IMG/VR virus record: IMGVR_UViG_3300034104_001340
Span: 1-57,080 of that record
From: a virus
Lineage: Duplodnaviria; Caudoviricetes
Strand: one strand, 5' to 3'
Length of the DNA: 57,080 nucleotides
Position 1 is the first letter of the stretch. Every line of letters starts with the position of its first letter. Below are positions 36,359 to 43,794 of this stretch, in pieces. The notes under the pieces were generated by a model. That model saw nothing but the letters and a program-made list of their open reading frames with translations. It ran no database searches and was not told where the DNA came from. The position numbers and the translations under genes are program-made.

Positions 36359-36582
36359 GCATAGACAATTGCCAACGCTGTGACAAAAGGCTTGATACTG
36401 ACTTTGTTGAATACCAGCCTGACGGGAGCCTGTATTGCGGAGCGTGCGAGGATCAAAACGCTTGGAACATGGACGACCCCGGCGAGACTGCCGCGAGAGT
36501 TATACGCGCCATGATTAAGAGAGGTGAGAGCGATGGAAGTACAGGGTTAAAGCGGCACCCTTTTAAGCCGCGATCTATGTGA
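36355..36582 (+). CDS. Zinc-ribbon protein
   Basis: CQRC...CGAC. Confidence 0.6.
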   Translation: MSIDNCQRCDKRLDTDFVEYQPDGSLYCGACEDQNAWNMDDPGETAARVIRAMIKRGESDGSTGLKRHPFKPRSM

Positions 36583-36593
36583 GTTAAAACCAC

Positions 36594-36737
36594 ATGAAAG
36601 AAGTAAACGATGCAATGGCTAAAGTTTTGGCTGAAATCAAGGAAGGGGTAAAGGGAGACGAGGCGCTTAAGCTGTCGCAGGCTGCGCTAAATCTCGCGCA
36701 TGTGCAGTCCGTTCTAAGCAAGCTGAAAGACAAGTAA
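36594..36737 (+). CDS. 47-aa helical protein
   Basis: MKEVNDAMAKVLAEIKEGVKGDEALKLSQAALNLAHVQSVLSKLKDK. Confidence 0.6.
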   Translation: MKEVNDAMAKVLAEIKEGVKGDEALKLSQAALNLAHVQSVLSKLKDK

Positions 36738-36865
36738 CCAATACAGGCACACGGATGTGCCACTAATTTATGGAGGGCAACGACAATGCAGGCTGAAACG
36801 GCAGTGAAGTGGCCGCAGCAAGGCCACATCAAACAACTGCGGGCGCTGCTGCCCGAGGAATAACA

Positions 36866-36901
36866 ATGAAAGCATACGACAAGCGGCTAGTGGAGAGGTG
36901 A
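36866..36901 (+). pseudogene. Remnant 5' end of the DUF3310-like gene
   Basis: MKAYDKRLVER* with a GAGG RBS; near-copy of the start at 37352. Confidence 0.7.
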
Positions 36902-36923
36902 GAAGCGATGCGAGTGTATAGCA

Positions 36924-37355
36924 ATGACAAAAATAAAAAACAAGTTTCAACTTAAACAGTATATGCACTACAACCAGTATACGGGACAATTTACTAGGAT
37001 TCAGGCTGCTACTGCCGGCAGAGACGCCCTCGGTACCGTCAGCGGTCCAAAGGCAAAGCAGGGTCAAATACGCTTGCACGGGGTGTGGTACGAACTAAAC
37101 AGACTTGCGTTTTTATACATGACAGGGGAATACCCCAAAGGCATTGTCCGCCACATTGACGGTAGTAAAGAAAATTTAGCATGGAGTAACTTGAAGGATG
37201 TTGTGCCAATTGGTGGGCGTATAGCATGGATAGAGAGACGGGGCAGGTACCAAGTCTATTCTGGTAAAAAGTATGTCGGTAGTTACAAGACAAGGCCGGA
37301 AGCAGAGGTGGCACTTAATGTATATCTAAATTGTGACGCGGGTACAGACGCATGA
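36924..37355 (+). mobile_element. Free-standing HNH endonuclease gene with AP2-like tail (possibly degenerate)
   Basis: RLAFLYMTGEYP...VRHIDGSKEN...SNL; KYVGSYKTRPEA; visibly AT-richer than its flanks. Confidence 0.7.
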
Positions 37356-37615
37356 AAGCATATGACAAGCAGGTAGGCGGATCGCACTACAAGAAGATGA
37401 AGATTCAGCCTATGCAGTACAGCATGGCGAACGAGCTGGACGCGTGCCAGCACACGGCGATCAAGTACATAACGCGGCACGAGGACAAGGCAGGCAAGAA
37501 GGACTTGTACAAGTCGATACACACTGTGCTGCTGTTGATCGAAGAGAAGTACGAGTGGACTGATAAAGACAGCGCGATACTTGAGGCGGTGATGGGAGCG
37601 ATGAGTGATGAGTGA
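37352..37615 (+). CDS. DUF3310 (SaV/T7 gp1.7-like) protein
   Basis: QVGGSHY...IQP...IKYITR...DLYK. Confidence 0.8.
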   Translation: MKAYDKQVGGSHYKKMKIQPMQYSMANELDACQHTAIKYITRHEDKAGKKDLYKSIHTVLLLIEEKYEWTDKDSAILEAVMGAMSDE

Positions 37616-37784
37616 GGACTATGCGTTTATGGACTGTGCCAAATTTCTGGACGCACTGGAGAAGAACGCCATGTACGAAACGCTGTATGAGGACTCGGAG
37701 GGCCGGATGATTCTGGTGATAACCCCGTTTGACCTATACAGCTTTGTTAACAGACTGTGGAGAGAGCGGAATGAAACGTCCTAG
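37608..37784 (+). CDS. 58-aa hypothetical protein
   Basis: MSEDYAFMDCAKF...; overlaps the upstream stop; GGAG RBS. Confidence 0.55.
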   Translation: MSEDYAFMDCAKFLDALEKNAMYETLYEDSEGRMILVITPFDLYSFVNRLWRERNETS

Positions 37785-37879
37785 CGACACCCCAGACCGA
37801 GAGGACCGCACCCTGCTTGCGGGCAAGAGCCGTAACTACATTATTGGTTGGAACAGAGTTAAACACAGAGGAGACAAGC

Positions 37880-38047
37880 ATGAACCTGAACGAACTGCTG
37901 AACCCGTGGGCCGCGCTGCGCCGGGCAAAGCTCGAAGTGGATACACTAAGAAGAGAGCAAGCCCTGCTGGTTGAGGAGCTACGTAAGGCACAGAAGAACG
38001 ACAACAGAGGTACGGATGGCAAGTTCAAGAAGGGGGAAGGGAAATGA
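37880..38047 (+). CDS. Small coiled-coil protein
   Basis: ATG 37880 after GAGGAG; ends NDNRGTDGKF. Confidence 0.6.
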   Translation: MNLNELLNPWAALRRAKLEVDTLRREQALLVEELRKAQKNDNRGTDGKFKKGEGK

Positions 38048-38301
38048 GAGTCTCAACGATGGTCATAGCACGTTCGTTCAAGCTGCCCCCCGATGCGCCG
38101 CATGACGAGGTGGAGAAGTTCAAGATAGCTTGCGAGACATACTTCGAGGCGGACCTGAAGCGCTACGTGGTACTGGGTTGGCACATTGCCCCGGACTGGA
38201 AGTTGCAGCTTGAGGATGGTATGCACCTGCACAAGTTTCACGGGCGTCCGATTGTGCAGATAGATGACAACGGTGATCCGGTTGTGGGGGAAGGAAAATG
38301 A
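38044..38301 (+). CDS. Hypothetical protein
   Basis: 85 aa; ATGA overlaps. Confidence 0.65.
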   Translation: MRVSTMVIARSFKLPPDAPHDEVEKFKIACETYFEADLKRYVVLGWHIAPDWKLQLEDGMHLHKFHGRPIVQIDDNGDPVVGEGK

Positions 38302-38546
38302 CGGAAGAACAATACGCGAAGTTGTATTTCGGAGATGTGGAGTTGAACCGTAACGCATTCAACCCCGTGCTGCACTGCGAGATGCAAATACGGGCACTCG
38401 CGCAAATCGCCTACGACATTGGGTACTCTGCCGCGAGTCTTGGGGAACCAAGAACTGTAATCGACGGATGGGACAAAATGCCAACGCGATACATACAAGT
38501 TGCGGATGCTTACCAACTAACAAGTAAACCGGGAAACAAGAGATGA
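38298..38546 (+). CDS. Hypothetical protein
   Basis: 82 aa; ATGA overlaps. Confidence 0.65.
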   Translation: MTEEQYAKLYFGDVELNRNAFNPVLHCEMQIRALAQIAYDIGYSAASLGEPRTVIDGWDKMPTRYIQVADAYQLTSKPGNKR

Positions 38547-38713
38547 ACTACATTGCGAAGCTGCTTTGCCATTCGTTTGCCCATGACTACCAAACGATGA
38601 AAGTGGAGGGGCTTGTGTCCACGAACGTATGTAAGCGGTGCGGTGAAACAATGATTTACCGCTCTATGCTAAAGCCCCATATATTTGGTTCCTCGCTGGA
38701 GAAAAACAAATGA
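38543..38713 (+). CDS. 56-aa Cys/His protein (DUF1660-like)
   Basis: LLCHSFAHDY...CKRCG; ATGA overlaps. Confidence 0.55.
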   Translation: MNYIAKLLCHSFAHDYQTMKVEGLVSTNVCKRCGETMIYRSMLKPHIFGSSLEKNK

Positions 38714-38871
38714 TCTGCAAATGCGAAGAAGGTACGTGGGGGTCTGCTAACAAGAACCCCATCTGCCGCAACCCTGTGTACACAGAGGGCGTGCTGTGCT
38801 TGAACTGCGCGCATGACAAAGACTGCCACGAGAATACCGATGCCAAAGACCCTAAGCCCAAAGCAAATTGA
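38710..38871 (+). CDS. 53-aa Cys-rich protein
   Basis: MICKC...ICR...CLNCAHDKDCH. Confidence 0.55.
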   Translation: MICKCEEGTWGSANKNPICRNPVYTEGVLCLNCAHDKDCHENTDAKDPKPKAN

Positions 38872-39103
38872 CGCACGCAAGTACTCACGTCTGACAGACA
38901 GCAAAAGTGAGGAGAGGGAGCTACTACGCGCTAGGTTGGTTGGAGAGGTAGCGAAGTGGGAAGCCGCAGGTAATAAAGTAACCGAAGTGCCTATAGGCGT
39001 GAGTGGTATAAAAGGTAGTGTGCTTCCGTCCTACGCCAAGGCACAGGCCAGTGGGTTGAAGAAACTCAACACAGTAAAAAAGGAAGTACCCAAAGATGAG
39101 TAA
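38840..39103 (+). CDS. SutA-like small protein
   Basis: ERELLRARLVGEVAKWEAAGNKVTEVPIGVSG; start uncertain (38813 or 38840). Confidence 0.5.
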   Translation: MPKTLSPKQIDARKYSRLTDSKSEERELLRARLVGEVAKWEAAGNKVTEVPIGVSGIKGSVLPSYAKAQASGLKKLNTVKKEVPKDE

Positions 39104-39773
39104 GCCGTCACAAGCGTGGTCCTACAGCAGCATCAAGACCTTCGAGCAGTGCCCGAAGAAGTACTACCACCTCAAGATCGCCAAGGACGTTAAGGACGAA
39201 GGAGGACAGGCCAGTATCTACGGTAACTTGGTACACAAAGCCGCTGAGGACTACGTGCGTGATGGCACGCCGATGCCACCAGAGTACAGCTATATGGTGC
39301 CCGTCCTCGACGCGCTGTTGCGCATCCCCGGGGAGAAGCACTGCGAGCTTAAGCTGGGCGTAGGCTATGAGGACAACAAATACTACCCAACCGACTTCTC
39401 TGACCCTGATGCATGGTGGAGGGGCATTGCCGACTTGCTCGTAGTAGACAGTCATACTGCATACTTAGTTGACTACAAGACCGGGAAGAACGCCAAGTAC
39501 GCGGACCCCACGCAGTTGGACATGCTGGCCGGGGCGGTGTTCACCCATATGCCGTGGGTCACCAAGATCAAGTCGGGGCTGCTGTACGTGGTGAGCGGGG
39601 AGTTCATCAAGAAGGAGCACACGGCCAAGAACCGTACATCTTACTTGGCTACCTTCGATGACGCGCTGGAACGCTTGGTAGTTGCAGAAAAGGTAGGAGT
39701 ATGGAATCCTGTGAGCGGGCCATTGTGCAAGTTCTGCCCAGTGGTTTCATGTGCCCATAACCGAAAGAGGTGA
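39096..39773 (+). CDS. PD-(D/E)XK (RecB/Cas4-like) exonuclease
   Basis: WSYS...CP...GNLVH...GIADL...VDYKTG...CKFCPVVSC. Confidence 0.88.
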   Translation: MSKPSQAWSYSSIKTFEQCPKKYYHLKIAKDVKDEGGQASIYGNLVHKAAEDYVRDGTPMPPEYSYMVPVLDALLRIPGEKHCELKLGVGYEDNKYYPTDFSDPDAWWRGIADLLVVDSHTAYLVDYKTGKNAKYADPTQLDMLAGAVFTHMPWVTKIKSGLLYVVSGEFIKKEHTAKNRTSYLATFDDALERLVVAEKVGVWNPVSGPLCKFCPVVSCAHNRKR

Positions 39774-39776
39774 GCT

Positions 39777-39821
39777 ATGCCGTATGTAAACAAACCCAGA
39801 CCATATAACGGAAGACGATAA
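39777..39821 (+). pseudogene. Remnant 5' end of the HNH gene at 40046
   Basis: MPYVNKPRPYNGRR*; first 10 residues identical to the gene at 40046. Confidence 0.75.
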
Positions 39822-39822
39822 A

Positions 39823-40062
39823 ATGATTAATCACAGCAAAGAAACACTGCTTCATCGGGTCGGAATTTTTAGCGACTCTAAAGTTATTGCCATGGAGCTT
39901 TCTCGTATAGCGGAGGATATGGGGGCCGAGGACGAGCACAACTACTCATACTGGCTAAAAGAAGCTGAAGTACATATCCTAGGGCTGCACGACTTAGTTT
40001 TAGAGCTAGCCAAAATACTTAAGCAAGAGGAGGCGAAAAAATACTATGCCATATGTGAATAA
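39823..40062 (+). CDS. Inserted hypothetical protein (moron-like)
   Basis: 79 aa between the duplicated gene starts. Confidence 0.65.
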   Translation: MINHSKETLLHRVGIFSDSKVIAMELSRIAEDMGAEDEHNYSYWLKEAEVHILGLHDLVLELAKILKQEEAKKYYAICE

Positions 40063-40321
40063 ACCCAGACCGTATAAAAAAGAATACTCCCAGCAAGTAG
40101 AGCGTGGTGAGCACGATAACCGCATGGAGCGACAGCGTGCGAGGCGAGCGGTGGATAAGAAGGACACCGGTACTATCACGGAGAAGTCCCCACGTCGCAG
40201 CGGTAAGGACGTCAGCCATAACAAAGCCCTTGCTAAAGGTGGTAGCAACGCTGATGGCTACAAGCTCGAAGCCCCAAGCAAGAACCGTGCGCGTAACGGG
40301 CACACTAAGAGCAAGAAGTAA
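40046..40321 (+). CDS. Small HNH-like protein
   Basis: GKDVSHNKAL..GGSN...PSKNRARN. Confidence 0.7.
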   Translation: MPYVNKPRPYKKEYSQQVERGEHDNRMERQRARRAVDKKDTGTITEKSPRRSGKDVSHNKALAKGGSNADGYKLEAPSKNRARNGHTKSKK

Positions 40322-41880
40322 TGCAGATTATCGACAACAAAGCTCTGGTGCTGAAGACGCGCACGCCGCACAAAGTTACTGAGGTGATCGAGCGATCCAA
40401 AGACCTCGGGGCGAAGGACGGTATGCACGAAGTCGCTGTGCACTGGGGGCTTAGCGAAGCGCAGGCATTGGTGCGTGTAGGAGCCATTGAAGTACCCTCG
40501 CCCATCCTGCGTGACTATAAGTGGACGGGCAAGCTGACACCGTTCGAGCACCAGCGCATCACATCGTCCTTCCTGACACTACGTAAGAGAGCGTTCTGCT
40601 TTTCAGAGGCTGGCACAGGCAAGACTGCTTCTGTTATCTGGGCGGCTGACTACCTGATGTCCCTCGGTATTATTAAGCGCGTGCTGGTGGTGTGCCCGCT
40701 GTCCATCATGAAAGCAGCGTGGCAGAAGGACTTGTTCAAATTCGCCATGCACCGTAGCTGCGATGTAGCACACGGAGATGCCAAAGCACGCAGGAAAGTC
40801 ATCGACTCCAACGCTGAGTTCGTCGTTATCAACTTCGACGGCGTGGCGGTGGTGAAAGAGGAGCTCATCAACGGCGGGTTTGACCTTGTGGTTATTGACG
40901 AGGCTACAAGCTACAAGAACCCGCAGACCAACCGTTGGAAGATCATGAAAGAGCTATCAGGGATGATCGACTGGCTGTGGCTCCTTACTGGTACACCTGC
41001 TGCGCAATCTCCGCTGGACGCCTATGGACTAGCCAAGCTCGTATGCCCCGACCGCGCACCTAAATACTACGGACAGTACCGCGACATGGTGATGTATAAA
41101 GTCGGTCAGTTTATATGGAAGCCGAAGACCAGCGCAGAGAAGACAGTGCACTCAATACTGCAACCTGCGATCCGCTTCGAGAAGAAGGACTGCCTTGATC
41201 TACCCCCAGTAGTTATCGTATCCCGCGATGCCCCACTTACTGCGCAGCAGCAGAAATACTACAAGCTGCTCAAGAAGCAGATGACGATGGAGGCCGCAGG
41301 TGAGTCTGTAACATCGGTCAACGCAGCAGTCAACCTGAATAAGCTACTACAAGTATCGTGCGGCGCGGTGTACTCGGACACTGGCGAGGTGGTGGAGTTC
41401 GATGTAAGTAACAGACTAAACGTAGTGCTTGAAGTAATTGAAGAGTCGAACCACAAGATATTGGTGTTCGTGCCGTTCACACACACTATAGAACTACTCC
41501 GTAAATTTTTGATTGCCAACGGTATTACTTGTGAGGTTATATCTGGCGCTGTGTCGGCCAACAAACGCTCGGATATCTTCGACGCGTTCCAGACGCAACC
41601 AGACCCGCGAGTGTTGATTATCCAGCCGCAAGCCGCTGCACATGGCGTAACTTTGACTGCTGCGGATACCGTGATCTGGTACGCACCTGTAACAAGCGTA
41701 GAGACTTACCTGCAAGCCAACGCCCGCATCGACCGCCCGGGGCAGAAGCACAACATGACTGTGGTAAACATTACTGGTAGTGACGTGGAGGAGCGGTTGT
41801 ACACCATGCTCCAAAGCAACATCACCAACCACATCAAAATTGTTGAGCTGTATCGACAAGAGCTAGATAAATCTAGTTGA
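40321..41880 (+). CDS. SNF2-like SF2 helicase
   Basis: EAGTGKT, VVIDEAT, LTGTP, HGVTLTAA, QANARIDRPGQ. Confidence 0.92.
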   Translation: MQIIDNKALVLKTRTPHKVTEVIERSKDLGAKDGMHEVAVHWGLSEAQALVRVGAIEVPSPILRDYKWTGKLTPFEHQRITSSFLTLRKRAFCFSEAGTGKTASVIWAADYLMSLGIIKRVLVVCPLSIMKAAWQKDLFKFAMHRSCDVAHGDAKARRKVIDSNAEFVVINFDGVAVVKEELINGGFDLVVIDEATSYKNPQTNRWKIMKELSGMIDWLWLLTGTPAAQSPLDAYGLAKLVCPDRAPKYYGQYRDMVMYKVGQFIWKPKTSAEKTVHSILQPAIRFEKKDCLDLPPVVIVSRDAPLTAQQQKYYKLLKKQMTMEAAGESVTSVNAAVNLNKLLQVSCGAVYSDTGEVVEFDVSNRLNVVLEVIEESNHKILVFVPFTHTIELLRKFLIANGITCEVISGAVSANKRSDIFDAFQTQPDPRVLIIQPQAAAHGVTLTAADTVIWYAPVTSVETYLQANARIDRPGQKHNMTVVNITGSDVEERLYTMLQSNITNHIKIVELYRQELDKSS

Positions 41881-41904
41881 CATTGTAAACATCCCGATTA
41901 TACT
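41877..41904 (+). promoter_or_regulatory. Sigma70-type promoter
   Basis: TTGACA-16 nt-TATACT. Confidence 0.7.
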
Positions 41905-41932
41905 TATGTTCCCCAACCGAAAAGGAGGAGCT

Positions 41933-42340
41933 ATGGATTCCCTGCCCACTAAAGAAACACAAACCGCAGACAAGCTCGTGTCTGCCTACATCAACATACG
42001 CAACGCTGTTGCCGACAAGGAAGAAGAGATCAAGACGCTGAAGAAAACGCAGGAGAAGATGGCTGCAGCACTGCTTGCGCTGTGCGCTGAGCAGAACATC
42101 GACAGTATCCGCACGCCGTTCGGCACAGCGTCACGCAGAATAAGTACCAACTACTGGACTAACGACTGGCACGAGATGTACGAGTTCATAAAAAGGCATG
42201 ACGCGCTGCATCTACTCCACCAGCGTATCCACAGCACGCACATGAAAGAGTTCTTAGAAGAGAACCCGGGTAACGTACCCCCCGGACTACAAGCTGACCG
42301 TAACTACGCAATTACGGTGTATAAACCAACCAACAGGTAG
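41933..42340 (+). CDS. Conserved replication-module protein
   Basis: ATG 41933 after AGGAGG; coiled coil then DW...F...L..RI...VPPGL. Confidence 0.75.
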   Translation: MDSLPTKETQTADKLVSAYINIRNAVADKEEEIKTLKKTQEKMAAALLALCAEQNIDSIRTPFGTASRRISTNYWTNDWHEMYEFIKRHDALHLLHQRIHSTHMKEFLEENPGNVPPGLQADRNYAITVYKPTNR

Positions 42341-42348
42341 GAGGAGCT

Positions 42349-42639
42349 ATGAGCGAAGCAACACAGACTGAAGTAGTAGTTAAGAAGTCGAGAGGGCGCC
42401 CTAAAGGTGCAACGAAGAGAAAAATCGTGGTGGTTACAAGGCGCAAAGAGTGGGACGTAAAGCACTTCATTAGCATTAGTGACGCTATGGGTAAGCGCGT
42501 TACTGAAGTGAAGAACGAAACGACCGCATTGCGTAGCGACCTGTACCAGCGACTGGCTAGGGTAGAAGACTCTCTAGCACTAGCGAACGACCACATCCAT
42601 ATCATGGCCCGATACATTGACAAACTGGAGAACAAGTAA
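42349..42639 (+). CDS. AT-hook-like plus coiled-coil protein
   Basis: KKSRGRPKG; AGGAGG RBS. Confidence 0.65.
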   Translation: MSEATQTEVVVKKSRGRPKGATKRKIVVVTRRKEWDVKHFISISDAMGKRVTEVKNETTALRSDLYQRLARVEDSLALANDHIHIMARYIDKLENK

Positions 42640-43568
42640 TGAGTAACGACGTATCTATCTTTAACAACCGCAACGCAGTCGGTGTGCGTTCTGAGCAGCG
42701 CCTGACTAAACTGGGTCAGACCCTCGCGTCCTCATCCACCTCGCGCCGCATCCAGTGCAACATCAACGGCACGTTCAAGAAGCTGGTGAATGGCGAGCAG
42801 ATCGGTAACTCGGTGCGTGGCACCATCAACGTCATCATCATCGCTGCGCAGCCCAAAGTATCCCGCGTGTACTACGCTGGTAAGTACGACCCGAACGCCG
42901 AGGCTACGATGCCCAACTGCTGGTCCAACGCAGGTGATGTACCAGAAGCTTCAGCTACTGACAAACAACATGACAACTGTGCTGAGTGCCCGATGAACAT
43001 CAAGGGTTCCGGTGACAACGGTGGCCGCGCCTGCCGCTTCCAGCGCCGTGTCTCTGTGCTGCTTGAGGGCGACACTACGGGCGACATCTACCAGATGAGC
43101 ATCCCGTCCAAGTCGCTGTTCGGTAAGGGATCAGGCAACGTGCACCCCTTCGAGGGCTACGTGAAGTTCCTCGTCGCCAACGGCGAGTCCCCGGATACTG
43201 TAGTGACCACAGTGGCGTTTGATGATGAAGTCGAAGGTATGGAGCTTGTGTTCTCCCCCAGCCGCCAAGTAGAGGACGTGGAGTTTGCGCTGGTGCAAAA
43301 AGCACAGGCCCGTCCGGAAGCTGAGATGTACACGCGTATCACAGTGGCGCAGGTAGACGGCGCTACCAAAGAACCTAAGCCCCGCGCTGCAGCTGAGCCT
43401 GAGCCGAAACCAGAGCCCAAGGCAAAGGTGCAACGTTCGGACGACCCTGATGACGCCATTGAAGAACCGAAGAGGCGCGCAGGTAGGAAGCCCACTGAGG
43501 AAGCCCCTGTTACCCCTGCACCCAAGGCCGACCTTGCTGCTGCTATCGCTGAGTGGAGTGATGACTAA
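42639..43568 (+). CDS. Putative ssDNA-binding protein
   Basis: Beta-rich with CWS...CAECP...GRAC; charged flexible tail ending WSDD. Confidence 0.6.
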   Translation: MSNDVSIFNNRNAVGVRSEQRLTKLGQTLASSSTSRRIQCNINGTFKKLVNGEQIGNSVRGTINVIIIAAQPKVSRVYYAGKYDPNAEATMPNCWSNAGDVPEASATDKQHDNCAECPMNIKGSGDNGGRACRFQRRVSVLLEGDTTGDIYQMSIPSKSLFGKGSGNVHPFEGYVKFLVANGESPDTVVTTVAFDDEVEGMELVFSPSRQVEDVEFALVQKAQARPEAEMYTRITVAQVDGATKEPKPRAAAEPEPKPEPKAKVQRSDDPDDAIEEPKRRAGRKPTEEAPVTPAPKADLAAAIAEWSDD

Positions 43569-43792
43569 TGGCAGCCGGATACAGCATCACGTTGCTGCGT
43601 AAGGTGAAAGCTGCGGACCCCAAGCTACTTGGGGTTCAGCTGGGCCGGTTCTGTATCAACAACGACATTCCCGTAGCAACTGTTGCCGAGAAGTTCGGTG
43701 TATCTCGCGCTGCGGTGTATTGCTGGTTTGTGGGGGGCTATGCTCCAAACAAGACACTCCATGACAGGATCACCAAGTTCATCAGTAGGTAA
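43568..43792 (+). CDS. Cro/XRE-like HTH protein
   Basis: VATVAEKFGVSRAAVYCWFVG. Confidence 0.75.
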   Translation: MAAGYSITLLRKVKAADPKLLGVQLGRFCINNDIPVATVAEKFGVSRAAVYCWFVGGYAPNKTLHDRITKFISR

Positions 43793-43794
43793 GC

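Noticed and set aside
36543-36575. preQ1-I riboswitch
   Set aside because: Similar size, but lacks the A-rich 3' tail and any queuosine-related downstream gene.
37771-37974. 67-aa ORF MKRPSDTPD...
   Set aside because: Overlaps the better-supported ORF at 37880 by about 95 nt; not called.
39096-39773. Cas4 as part of a CRISPR system
   Set aside because: Ordinary phage PD-(D/E)XK exonuclease in a replication module with no array.
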